From the IMG/VR virus record IMGVR_UViG_3300034092_001898, positions 1 through 64,000 of that record: a DNA stretch of 64,000 nucleotides; one strand, written 5' to 3'. A model generated the notes under the pieces. The model made no database searches and was not told the DNA's origin. It saw only the letters and a program-made list of their open reading frames with translations. The DNA comes from a virus. Positions 1-8,513 of the stretch are shown here, piece by piece; positions within the stretch are counted from its first letter, which is position 1; each line of letters opens with the position of its first letter. A program made the translations under genes and the position numbers.

Positions 1-1
1 G

Positions 2-142
2 CACAATACGGGCTCCTGTTCAGACTGCGGCGGATCTGGTCAACAGGTCCAATCCGTTGGAGCCAGCGGCACTACTTACCGGGATTGCTCCACTTGTGGC
101 GGTTCAGGATTGGCGATGCACTGCCGCAAGGTGACGAAATGA
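2..142 (+). CDS. Partial protein with DnaJ-type zinc finger (5' truncated)
   Basis: Manual translation ...CSDCGGSG...CSTCGGSG...* gives two CxxCxGxG motifs; stop overlaps next ATG (ATGA). Confidence 0.6.
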   Translation, partial: HNTGSCSDCGGSGQQVQSVGASGTTYRDCSTCGGSGLAMHCRKVTK

Positions 143-390
143 CTTTCGCTGCTCGCCTTGCGGCAGGTTCGCCGATTGCCACCCCCACCTGGTCCCAGTT
201 CAAGGCCGTTCCCTACGGACCCCAGGTCGCTGCCGTTGCTGCAGCACTCGGCCATCCCGAGATCCCGCCTGAGGGTAGGTCCAGCACCTTCCAATCTCCC
301 AACCTCATCATCACCCGCGGCGCCATCTGGCCGGTGACGGTCGCCATCCGCATCACTCGCGCCGTGCGGCGGGGGGTGCAGCGTGGCTGA
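139..390 (+). CDS. Hypothetical protein
   Basis: ATG overlapping upstream stop; part of coupled gene chain. Confidence 0.55.
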   Translation: MTFAARLAAGSPIATPTWSQFKAVPYGPQVAAVAAALGHPEIPPEGRSSTFQSPNLIITRGAIWPVTVAIRITRAVRRGVQRG

Positions 391-589
391 TCTGAGCCCT
401 GCCGCTCGCTGGATCGACATTCCCTACGGCTGCAACGATTGCGGCTGCGGGCTGCAGGTCAGCACCAGTGAATCCGATGGATCTGCCACTGACGGTGATC
501 CAGTCCGCTGCCCGTTCTGTGGTGCAGATGGACACTTTAACTCGGACGCGGAAGGCGTCTATGACCCGCTGATGAATTACCTGCAATGA
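383..589 (+). CDS. Small zinc-ribbon protein
   Basis: CNDC and CPFC motifs; overlaps neighbours. Confidence 0.6.
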   Translation: MADLSPAARWIDIPYGCNDCGCGLQVSTSESDGSATDGDPVRCPFCGADGHFNSDAEGVYDPLMNYLQ

Positions 590-777
590 CTAAACCTTTC
601 ATGCGGTTTGACAGCCTCGGCGGTTACATTGGCCGCCTTGCATGGTGGAACACATTCGACACACAGGACGTGGCCTTCGACACACAGGACTTGGCCCCTA
701 GATGTCCTGCTAACGTACGCATCTGGGGAAAAGGCCCCTTCTTGCTCAAGGGCAAGGGCTGGGGCAATGCCAAATGA
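586..777 (+). CDS. Hypothetical protein
   Basis: ATGA coupling at both ends. Confidence 0.5.
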   Translation: MTKPFMRFDSLGGYIGRLAWWNTFDTQDVAFDTQDLAPRCPANVRIWGKGPFLLKGKGWGNAK

Positions 778-1373
778 CCACCACTAACTCGCCCAAAATA
801 CAAACTACCGCGCCTTTTCCCATCACCACCAGCCTGAACCGCATCTTTGCGGCTAATCCTTGCCGCCGTGGCAAGCTCAGGGCGCTGGGCCTCACGGTAA
901 AGGGGGAGCCGGACGATGAACCGATCTTCTTTAGCGAGATCGTGCGTGCTGCCGGACTGCAGGATGCACTCTGGTGCTGTCGCGCAGAGCCGCAGCACTT
1001 TCGCCTCTGGCGGCTTTATGCCGTCTGGTGCGCCAGGTCAGTGCAGCACCTGACGCGGGACCAGCGCAGCATCGACATTCTGGACGTTGCTGAGCGCCAT
1101 GCGTATGGCCTGGCCACGGACGAGGAGTTGGCTGCCGCATGTGCCGTCGCATGGGCCGCACGGCCCTTCCTAGAGGGCGCATGGGCCGTGGCATATGCCG
1201 CTGCAGGGGCCGCCGCATGTGCCGCTGCAGGGGCCGCCGCATATGCCGCTGCAGGGGCCGCCGCAGATTTCGCTGCATTAGCCGCCGGAGATGCTAGAAA
1301 CGCCCAGCGGGCGGCCTTCCTGCAACTCGTTTCCACCGGCACGCTGCCGGACCATCCACCCCTAATCCAATGA
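774..1373 (+). CDS. Imm5-like ('putative immunity') phage protein with Ala-rich repeats
   Basis: DALWCCRAEP..RLYAVWCAR..IDVAER..ATDEEL followed by AAxAAAG repeats; paralog at 15218. Confidence 0.7.
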   Translation: MTTTNSPKIQTTAPFPITTSLNRIFAANPCRRGKLRALGLTVKGEPDDEPIFFSEIVRAAGLQDALWCCRAEPQHFRLWRLYAVWCARSVQHLTRDQRSIDILDVAERHAYGLATDEELAAACAVAWAARPFLEGAWAVAYAAAGAAACAAAGAAAYAAAGAAADFAALAAGDARNAQRAAFLQLVSTGTLPDHPPLIQ

Positions 1374-1606
1374 CAAGTGAAATTAACCATTGGGAGCAGC
1401 CATTTGAACCACTATTCCCCATTGATGTTGATTGCCATGGAGGCAACATTGGTAGGTTTTATTGGCAAAACCAGCAAACCTTAATCGTTGAACAATGGGG
1501 AGACAATTTTCACGAAAAAACCATCGCCACTGTGCCTGGCTATTGCGGTTGGCTGTTCAATAAGGCTTGTTGGATTGGCTGGTGCATGGGCGGCTTCTGC
1601 CACTAG
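1370..1606 (+). CDS. Hypothetical protein
   Basis: ATGA coupling. Confidence 0.5.
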   Translation: MTSEINHWEQPFEPLFPIDVDCHGGNIGRFYWQNQQTLIVEQWGDNFHEKTIATVPGYCGWLFNKACWIGWCMGGFCH

Positions 1607-1700
1607 CTTGACTTTAATTTTTCCAGCGCCTTCCGCGCTTTGGTAACACTGAGAGTGTTGGGGCACCATGAACTTGCCGATGCCATTGCACCACTTCGCT

Positions 1701-1752
1701 AACTACGGCAGAAACTACGCAAGAAACTACGGAAGAAACTACGGAAGAAATT
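1701..1752 (+). repeat. 12-bp tandem repeat (AGAAACTACGGA-like, about 4 copies)
   Basis: aactacggcaga aactacgcaaga aactacggaaga aactacggaaga seen directly. Confidence 0.8.
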
Positions 1753-2041
1753 GCGCAAGGCGATATGGTACTCGATGGAGAAAGAGGCAATCCTTGCCGA
1801 CGTGACATGACATGATAGCCTTTTTCATTGTGCCGGGGCTTGCGCTCCTTTCTCCATGCCCATCTTGCCGTTCTTTATTGCCCTCTGGCTGCCCCTCCAA
1901 GGCGCCCTGCCCTTGCCTCTGCCATGCGCTGCTTTGCAAGGGACGTGCGCGTCTGAGCCCGCTCAGCCCATTGCGTGAGGATCTGCTGACTAAGTATTGC
2001 TACTCAGCCAGGCAGAGCCTACGATTGGGGCGCATGAGCCG

Positions 2042-2067
2042 GGGGCTTCCTAGCGGAAGCCTCTTTT
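2042..2067 (+). terminator. Rho-independent terminator
   Basis: GGGGCTTCC-tagc-GGAAGCCTC followed by TTTT. Confidence 0.6.
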
Positions 2068-2086
2068 CCTGCCCGATCCTACCCCA

Positions 2087-2115
2087 TTGACACCAATGCG
2101 CAGAGACTCTAAGCT
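2087..2115 (+). promoter_or_regulatory. Sigma70-type promoter
   Basis: TTGACA-N17-TAAGCT just upstream of ORF 2137. Confidence 0.7.
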
Positions 2116-2136
2116 GAACAGGCGCCCCTTCGCTCC

Positions 2137-2343
2137 ATGAAAGCCTCCGTGAACATTCCGCTTTGGCCTGCCATTGCCTCAGGTCTGCTTTATGCAGCCT
2201 CGCTCAATGGCATTGTCATTCCGACATGGCTTATCCTGCTTCCGTTGTTTCCTTATGCAATTCTTGCTGCTGCCGGTCTCGCCATTCTGGTTCTAACTAT
2301 CGTCATAGCCTTGATTGAATCCTACCAAAATCTTTCCAAATGA
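2137..2343 (+). CDS. Small membrane protein
   Basis: Two hydrophobic segments. Confidence 0.65.
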   Translation: MKASVNIPLWPAIASGLLYAASLNGIVIPTWLILLPLFPYAILAAAGLAILVLTIVIALIESYQNLSK

Positions 2344-2819
2344 ATCAAGTTTTTCTAACATTCACTTTCAAGTCTGACTCTGGCCATTTTTTGCTGGTGC
2401 AGACAGTGAAAGGAGCAAGAATCATTTTTAACGACGATAATCAGATCATTGCTTTTGATCAGATTGACTCTTTGATTGACGCCCTCAAGGCACTCCAGGC
2501 TAATGCCACAAAGTCGGAGGTAAAATCCAGTGAAGTTGATTCAATAGTGCCTCGCAATGGAGGCGAAGAGGTGCTTAGCTCGGGTCAGATTCTGCCCCCC
2601 TTCAATTTTGATAGCAACGACAAGCTATCAGCCCTTGTCGGACGAAAGGTTCGCCTTAGGAACGGGAATGTTACATCCGTTTATACAGTAGACTTGGACT
2701 GCAGTAAGGACGAGGAGAAGATTCGGCACTCAGAGGGATGGGTGTATAGGGATGGAACTTTCCACCTGGGTTGCGAAGACAGGTACGACATCGTTGAGGT
2801 GTGTCCAGTAAATGAATGA
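2340..2819 (+). CDS. Hypothetical protein
   Basis: Coupled ORF; C-terminal GRKVRLRNG..YDIVEV domain common in phages. Confidence 0.65.
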   Translation: MNQVFLTFTFKSDSGHFLLVQTVKGARIIFNDDNQIIAFDQIDSLIDALKALQANATKSEVKSSEVDSIVPRNGGEEVLSSGQILPPFNFDSNDKLSALVGRKVRLRNGNVTSVYTVDLDCSKDEEKIRHSEGWVYRDGTFHLGCEDRYDIVEVCPVNE

Positions 2820-2991
2820 CATTATTGGACTTTGCGAGAAGCATGGTTTCTCTCTAAAAAGGTCACGCAAGCATCTCGTCTTTGCTCATCCTTCTGGTGC
2901 TCACTTGACCACCAGTAAAACTGCTAGTGATAATCGCGCCCTACGAAACATTGAACGAGACATTAAAAGGCTACTAAAAAGCAGGGACTAA
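2812..2991 (+). CDS. HicA-like dsRBD-fold small protein (59 aa; not in ORF track)
   Basis: MNDIIGLCEKHGFSLKRSRKHLVFAHPSGAHLTTSKTASDNRALRNIERDIKRLL matches the HicA-like pattern GF..R..KH..F.HP.G...T.SD.R...N. Confidence 0.65.
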   Translation: MNDIIGLCEKHGFSLKRSRKHLVFAHPSGAHLTTSKTASDNRALRNIERDIKRLLKSRD

Positions 2992-2994
2992 ACG

Positions 2995-3016
2995 AGGGGC
3001 CAGTAGGCCCCTTTTT
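2995..3016 (+). terminator. Rho-independent terminator
   Basis: AGGGGCC-agta-GGCCCCT followed by TTTT. Confidence 0.7.
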
Positions 3017-3020
3017 CGTT

Positions 3021-3278
3021 GGGGACTAAATGAAATCGCAGTAGAGGGAGGGACTAAGGGACTAGCAGGATTGCAGTAAAGACTAGGGGCAAAAGGACTA
3101 GCCGGATTGCAGTAAAAGGGACCAATGGACTAAGGGACTAAGGGACTAGCCGGATTGCAGTAAAAGGAGCTAAGGGACTAGCCGACTCGCCGTAAAGGGA
3201 CTAGCCGACTCGCGGTAAAAGGGACATTCGACTCGCGGTAAAAGGGACATTCGACCTTCGGCAAAAAGGACAGCCGGA
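3021..3278 (+). repeat. Degenerate tandem array of 23-24-bp units (GGGACTAGCCGGATTGCAGTAAAA) with interspersed AAGGGACT octamers
   Basis: About 9 units with stepwise sequence drift, read directly. Confidence 0.85.
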
Positions 3279-3476
3279 TCATCAAGAGCCAGGCTGTGTG
3301 CTGCCATGCGTATTTTGGCGGCCAATAGCCAGGCTACTGAGAAGTGGCGTTGGCCTTGTGCCACTAGGCGCACTGTCTACTGGTCCGGGCTGTGGGCTGT
3401 GGGCTGTGGCAATAATTAGGCCACGCGGACCGCTACGGTTCCGCGCACCTTCAACCTTCCTCCATTGCCTCCTTCC

Positions 3477-3674
3477 ATGGAAAATGTCCATTTTCACCTA
3501 GGCCGCTGGATAGTCGCCTGCCAATCCGACCGGGGGGGATACCAAACCCCCACCCGAGATGGGGACACCGTGTTTAGCAGATCCCCGGATCTTTTTACGG
3601 GTTGGCATTACGCCAACAGGAAAGATGCTATCAAGCGTGCTAACGCTATTTATGGTGCGCACAATGACGGCTGA
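3477..3674 (+). CDS. Hypothetical early protein
   Basis: Pyrimidine-rich leader and CCATG start. Confidence 0.55.
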   Translation: MENVHFHLGRWIVACQSDRGGYQTPTRDGDTVFSRSPDLFTGWHYANRKDAIKRANAIYGAHNDG

Positions 3675-3882
3675 GCTTCCCATTTTCGCAAAGCCAACCA
3701 GTGAACAAATGGCCGCCGATTATGTAATCTCTATTTCAATGGCCCGGACGAGTTGGCTTCGTCTATTGTGGGCTGCCGACATTCTGTGTCAATTCCTTTC
3801 TATGGTGCCTTCCTTCCCGGTTGATTCACTGGCCCGGATTAGGCATTCTGTTAAACTTCTCCACCTTGCGCTAGAAAAATGA
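3664..3882 (+). CDS. Hypothetical early protein
   Basis: Overlapping coupled ORF. Confidence 0.5.
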   Translation: MTAELPIFAKPTSEQMAADYVISISMARTSWLRLLWAADILCQFLSMVPSFPVDSLARIRHSVKLLHLALEK

Positions 3883-4529
3883 TCGAACTTCCGACCATTG
3901 CGCTCCACATCGCGGCGCAGTTCTGCCCTAAAAAGGCAGATTTTAGGCCGACGCTAGAGGGTATCAGGGTTAGGCCATGTTCCGATCCTTCTAGGGTGGA
4001 GCTTTTGGCCGCGAATGGCTTCATTGGCGCTTCTCTGTCTTTTCGGCATTCCCATGATCTAGTGCCGATTCAAGAGGACATCCCATCGTCGCCGTTCGTG
4101 AAACTAAAAGACGGAGGATGCACTATCACTCAACAAAACCCCCATCTGTATGATGTGGAAATTGTCCACAATGGCAAGCAAACGTTAACCGTGGAGAGTT
4201 GTCATAAGTTGCCCGACCATTTTCAACAAGTGTTAGGGATTGGGGAGGCTTTCGATAATCAAATGGTGGGAGATTTTAGCCGCTGGATGCTTGATCCGGC
4301 GCCAATGATGGTTCCGCTCAAGATTGCGCAAAAGTGGGGCGATGGTAAAGTCTTGTGCCTGCGATCATTCCGTAATCAGTCTTGTTTGTTTCAGGCAAAC
4401 TTGGACCTTCCGCTCATCACAGATGCCGTGCTGCAGTGGGTAATCATGCCGATTTCGGCGGCAGATTCTGCCGCCTACTGCGACGATCCGCACGCAAACT
4501 ATTCAGCCGCCAGGAAAGAAGATGCGTGA
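3879..4529 (+). CDS. DNA polymerase III beta-clamp-like domain protein
   Basis: DFRPTLEGIRV..LLAANGFIG resembles the clamp R..L.GV...ATDGHRL motif; ends VIMPI like clamp V.MP motif. Confidence 0.5.
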   Translation: MIELPTIALHIAAQFCPKKADFRPTLEGIRVRPCSDPSRVELLAANGFIGASLSFRHSHDLVPIQEDIPSSPFVKLKDGGCTITQQNPHLYDVEIVHNGKQTLTVESCHKLPDHFQQVLGIGEAFDNQMVGDFSRWMLDPAPMMVPLKIAQKWGDGKVLCLRSFRNQSCLFQANLDLPLITDAVLQWVIMPISAADSAAYCDDPHANYSAARKEDA

Positions 4530-4785
4530 TTCTGCGACCTTGGCGCATCGTTTGCTGTCAATTAGTGGCAAAACCACCTTGGGGGATTTTGTCACTACTT
4601 TGCCGGACGGTCAGCCCGTCCTGATCCCGCGCCATCAGCCGCGAGAATACAGGGAAATCACCCCCGCTTTTGCAGGCAGAGCATGGCCGCTGTCAAGAGA
4701 CGAAGCCCGGCGAGTCCGGCAAGCCGACTGGGCCAGTTTATTCCCTGGCACATTCTCGGCCCGGACCGTCTCCTGCTCCGCCTAG
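4522..4785 (+). CDS. Hypothetical protein
   Basis: Coupled ORF. Confidence 0.5.
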   Translation: MRDSATLAHRLLSISGKTTLGDFVTTLPDGQPVLIPRHQPREYREITPAFAGRAWPLSRDEARRVRQADWASLFPGTFSARTVSCSA

Positions 4786-4836
4786 GATTCCGTCAAGCGG
4801 GCAAGCCCGCACCATCCCACGATCTAATTCGTTCCC

Positions 4837-5298
4837 ATGGAAACACTCAACAGAGCTTTAGACAATGCGCAAGCGTGGGCAGAATCAATCGCCCATCTTC
4901 ACGAAGCCCATCTCTTTTGTAACGATGACTCAATCGAAGCACGAGAAATCAGCCGGGAAGCCCGCAGTTTGCTAAGGAAGGGGTTTGATTTCGATGGCTG
5001 CAATCGCGGCGAAGTTTTGGGTGCTATTGAGGATCACAGCCGGGAGTCGGTTTTATGCGTGGAAGTGCGCCAAGACTGGCACGCGCCGGGACTATCTGCA
5101 GATCTGTTAGATTTCTCCATCCTCCTTTCTACCGGGGGACCAGCCCTAAGGCTGCGGGGAGACCTTACTTCATACTGCGAACCGCGCCGCGCCTGGCTGG
5201 AATATCAAGACTGGTATACGCCATGGAGGGAATACCACGGGGGCGAGCTTGACGCTTTGCTGTGGTTTGCTTCCCTGTTTTGGTACGGGGAAGGCTGA
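4837..5298 (+). CDS. Conserved phage early protein (LLSTGGPA..YQDW family)
   Basis: Motif ILLSTGGPALRLRG..WLEYQDWYTPW recurs in phage early regions. Confidence 0.7.
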   Translation: METLNRALDNAQAWAESIAHLHEAHLFCNDDSIEAREISREARSLLRKGFDFDGCNRGEVLGAIEDHSRESVLCVEVRQDWHAPGLSADLLDFSILLSTGGPALRLRGDLTSYCEPRRAWLEYQDWYTPWREYHGGELDALLWFASLFWYGEG

Positions 5299-5372
5299 TT
5301 AACAACGGGGCGAGCAATTCGCCCCTACTCTCTCTCTTTGTCTCCTTTTCCTTTCCACACGCACCGCAAGCC

Positions 5373-5567
5373 ATGATCAGCCTTGAGAAGATCGGCTACA
5401 GTTCCACCATCTACAGCAACAACGAAGCCGGCAAAGCTCGCGCCGAAGCTACCTTGGCCGTTGCAATCGAAACAGCCTGCCCCGGTGAAACCTTCGATCT
5501 GTTTCACAACGGCCGCGGCTGGGTTGTCCGCATGTTTGAGGATGGCGACTTCGTTCAGACCATCTAA
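5373..5567 (+). CDS. Hypothetical protein
   Basis: Pyrimidine-rich leader, CCATG start. Confidence 0.6.
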   Translation: MISLEKIGYSSTIYSNNEAGKARAEATLAVAIETACPGETFDLFHNGRGWVVRMFEDGDFVQTI

Positions 5568-5630
5568 CCCCCCCCCCACAGGCCCACCGGGAGCCTATCC
5601 CGGTAGTTTCTTTTCCTTTGCTTTCCTATC

Positions 5631-5996
5631 ATGCTGTGTTTTCCCGTTTCGCTGCCTCTTGCCTTGATTGAATGGCAAGATCTTTCTAGAGGATTTCATG
5701 GAGGCTTTCTACAGTCCGAAACTATCGCCATTCAAGAAGAAGAAGGGGAACCGATAGGAATAGAAATCGCCGTAAAAGAGTACACATCAGACAGTGAGGA
5801 TTACTTCGGCGTTAGCTGCCCCGCGTGGGAAGTGTTGGTCACTATTTACGATGAATTGTCTCCTAGTGGAAGATCTTACCATTGCGGGGACGATTTCACA
5901 TCCTCGGACAATGCCAGGGAGTATGCCGCCTATATTGTGTGGCAATTTAGAAAGGGGCATAGGCTGTCTTGCGTTCCTTCTCAACTGATCGACTAA
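5631..5996 (+). CDS. Hypothetical acidic protein
   Basis: Pyrimidine-rich leader; coupled to next ORF. Confidence 0.6.
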   Translation: MLCFPVSLPLALIEWQDLSRGFHGGFLQSETIAIQEEEGEPIGIEIAVKEYTSDSEDYFGVSCPAWEVLVTIYDELSPSGRSYHCGDDFTSSDNAREYAAYIVWQFRKGHRLSCVPSQLID

Positions 5997-6271
5997 TGAC
6001 GTTTTCCCCGCTTCGTTATTTGACTATCAGCGACGCACAAGCGCTAGATAGTGCCGCCGAAAGATTCTGTGAACGCCATGGAATCAGCCTACATCTAGGC
6101 TTCAGCGTCGAAGAAAGACCCTATCTTGCCCTAGATTTGTATTTGTTTTTCCACCACGATAAGGCTCTAAAAAGACTTTGGCAGGCTTGCTTCTGTAGGG
6201 CATTAAAGGTTAAGCCTGCGGCCAATGTGTGCTTGGCCCATGGTTACGTGGGCCATACAGTTAAGGGCTAG
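5996..6271 (+). CDS. Hypothetical protein
   Basis: TAATG coupling. Confidence 0.6.
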   Translation: MTFSPLRYLTISDAQALDSAAERFCERHGISLHLGFSVEERPYLALDLYLFFHHDKALKRLWQACFCRALKVKPAANVCLAHGYVGHTVKG

Positions 6272-6345
6272 GGACTCGCTAGGAGCCAGTAAAGGGACAA
6301 AACGGGAGCCAGTAAAGGGGACAAAACGGGAGCCAGTAAAGGGGA
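6271..6345 (+). repeat. Tandem repeat GGAGCCAGTAAAGGG(G)ACAAAAC x3, related to the array at 3021
   Basis: Copies at 6282, 6305 and 6329 share the CAGTAAA-GGGAC core. Confidence 0.85.
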
Positions 6346-6381
6346 TGGGGTGGCAATCATAAAAGGGGGAATTGGCGGGCT

Positions 6382-6465
6382 GCTATTGAGAATCATTTGC
6401 AATAGCTCTTGCTATTGAGAATCATTTGCAATAGCTCTTGCTATTGAGAATCATTCTCAAATAGC
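6382..6465. repeat. 29-bp palindromic tandem repeat x3 containing Fur-box-like TGAGAAT-C-ATT(T/C)
   Basis: GCTATTGAGAATCATTTGCAATAGCTCTT x2 plus a third copy with perfect TTGAGAAT-C-ATTCTCAA (6444-6460). Confidence 0.85.
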
Positions 6466-6638
6466 TTCCTGCTCTACCCTGGCTTGTGACGATCCGCAGA
6501 CTGGCACAGGGAACTGCGCTAGGTTGCCGATGGGGCGCCACTATGGGAGAGCCTGATGGTTCCGCAACTACGGTTCCAACGGATGACCAACGGCCCGCCC
6601 GGAGCCCATCCGGGCATCCATCCCATCATTTCATTGCC

Positions 6639-7001
6639 ATGTCCTATTTCAATTCCCATGATTTCGCGGAGAAGATCGACGCGGTCAGCGTCGCCGCGTC
6701 GCAAGCAGCGCTTCCCGGCAGACTGGAGTCCGCGCTATTCATTGCGCGTCTCAGAGCTTATGCTCTTGCCGTCAGCCTGGCTGATTCCCCCTTTGCGTGG
6801 CCTGGAGGGTATCCACGCTATGGCATTTTGTCCGATTGTGAGGCATTGTGTCCTAATTGCTGTCGTACTGAGATCAGTAGCATTATGAATGCTGACTTTC
6901 ACGATGGATGGCTGCTAGTGGACTCTACCGTGAACTACGAAGACGGCGAGCTTTGCTGTGGCAACTGCAACGCACAGATTCCCGCGGCTTACGCTGAATA
7001 G
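6639..7001 (+). CDS. Conserved phage protein (WPGGYP / CxxC zinc-binding family)
   Basis: FAWPGGYP..LCPNC..NYEDGELCCGNC..IPAAY. Confidence 0.7.
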   Translation: MSYFNSHDFAEKIDAVSVAASQAALPGRLESALFIARLRAYALAVSLADSPFAWPGGYPRYGILSDCEALCPNCCRTEISSIMNADFHDGWLLVDSTVNYEDGELCCGNCNAQIPAAYAE

Positions 7002-7047
7002 TTGCAATCTCCCTTCCCTTTGTTCTCACCTTCCCCCCCCTCTTCCC

Positions 7048-7557
7048 ATGGCAGACCCTAACATCGACTTCGCCGACTTCCTGGACAGGTACCAAGACCA
7101 CACACCCACGTCATTTGATCGTCACATTTGCTCCGAATTGGACGGATTCTTTATGGGTCCATGCTCGCTAAACCGGGATTCTGGCATCCTGCAGACTGTA
7201 AACTTCGGGATTGCCGCTGAGCTAATCATGAAATCCTCAAATCATGAAGAGACGGCGGTCCATAGGTTCGGCCATTGGGCTTGTGGCTGGTATGAAATCC
7301 TCCTAATTCATCCTGACGACATCGAAGCATTAAAAGTCGCGGCAAGCCTAGCATCCTCGCTGGCAGATTATCCAAGTCTGGATGATGAGGCATTCTCTGA
7401 AGCTGAATTTGAAGCGGCAAGCGTAGCGTGGGAAGGAATGCGAATCTCGGACAGGATTGAAGCCTGTAGCAGGTACCGCGTCTCTATCTTTGCCGCGCGG
7501 CGTGACACAATCCCAGAATCTCCGACCGGAGAATTAGTGTCGTATCTGGCAGAATAG
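7048..7557 (+). CDS. Conserved phage early protein (RFGHWACGW family)
   Basis: RDS..N..RFGHWACGWYEILL..LADYPSLDD motif. Confidence 0.7.
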   Translation: MADPNIDFADFLDRYQDHTPTSFDRHICSELDGFFMGPCSLNRDSGILQTVNFGIAAELIMKSSNHEETAVHRFGHWACGWYEILLIHPDDIEALKVAASLASSLADYPSLDDEAFSEAEFEAASVAWEGMRISDRIEACSRYRVSIFAARRDTIPESPTGELVSYLAE

Positions 7558-7599
7558 CTGCAATCTCCCCCCCCCTTTTTTTCCCCTTTTTTTTCTCCC

Positions 7600-7926
7600 A
7601 TGATTCCCCCACGCAAGCATCTGATCGCCTTCCGACGTGACCTTGAAAGGCTACTTAAAGAGCTTAAGCCTACTATCGGCGACGATTGCCGTACCCATAA
7701 AGAGGCTACGCTTCCGGGTATTGCTGTTACTATCGGGGCCGAAATCATGCCGGACGGCATAGCCTGGGGCTACCAAACGGGTGACAATAGCTACACTGGC
7801 GGAGCCTATGGCTTCCGCGACTGGGGAATCGTTGACCTTTATAGGCGGGATAATTCTCGTAAGCTTGCGGAAGAAATTGTTGAGCAGTTTCTGGAGATTT
7901 GGGCGCAACATGGAATCCTAGAGTGA
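7600..7926 (+). CDS. Conserved phage early protein (QTGDNSYTGGAY family)
   Basis: WGYQTGDNSYTGGAYG motif. Confidence 0.7.
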   Translation: MIPPRKHLIAFRRDLERLLKELKPTIGDDCRTHKEATLPGIAVTIGAEIMPDGIAWGYQTGDNSYTGGAYGFRDWGIVDLYRRDNSRKLAEEIVEQFLEIWAQHGILE

Positions 7927-8106
7927 CAAGGGGCGACGGTTGGATATGGCAGGCAAACGGCCCACTAGCCTGTATGGCTTGCTAGGGGAAAATAGGTTAG
8001 TCCTTAACACAATCTTAACATTCTCCAGTCTTTCAACCGTCACACACCGCCGGCCATGCCAGCCCGTCCGTCCTATTGTTCCATTGTCCTGATTCCCCCC
8101 CGTCCC

Positions 8107-8313
8107 ATGTTCCCGGAAATCCTTACTGAAACCCTGGCCACACTGCTACGATTCGACCCTAACGGCGACTGGCACCTTCCCAGTGTGCCCGATAGCGACG
8201 CCACAATAACAGATTGGGAAGTTTTCTATGAAGAATTAGCGAGCCTAGCGGCTGCAGCGGAAGACGCCATGGCGAGAATCAGATTCGTTGCGAAACGTAA
8301 CCAGCAACCATAG
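8107..8313 (+). CDS. Hypothetical protein
   Basis: CCCATG start; DPNGDW motif. Confidence 0.5.
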   Translation: MFPEILTETLATLLRFDPNGDWHLPSVPDSDATITDWEVFYEELASLAAAAEDAMARIRFVAKRNQQP

Positions 8314-8439
8314 CGCAGTAACGGGCTCCCCAGGGAGCCTGCATGTAGGGCTACCCCCTTTTAGAAGCGGCGTCATTTTTCATGCGAAATTAGCGGGATG
8401 GGAACCATGGCAAAGCATTGATGAGGAGCGCTTAGGCTG

Positions 8440-8468
8440 TTGACAAGGAGAAGCCAAGGCAATAGGCT
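8440..8468 (+). promoter_or_regulatory. Sigma70-type promoter
   Basis: TTGACA-N17-TAGGCT. Confidence 0.7.
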
Positions 8469-8513
8469 ATCGAGGCTCTGAGAGGAGCTTTTTTCTTTAC
8501 TGGAGGACTAGCA

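Noticed and set aside
3021-3278. CRISPR array, or coding ORF 3170-3373
   Set aside because: No unique spacers and the units drift progressively; the ORF is a by-product of the repeats.
6382-6465. CRISPR mini-array (29-bp palindromic repeats)
   Set aside because: Repeats are directly adjacent with no spacers; no cas genes in the window.
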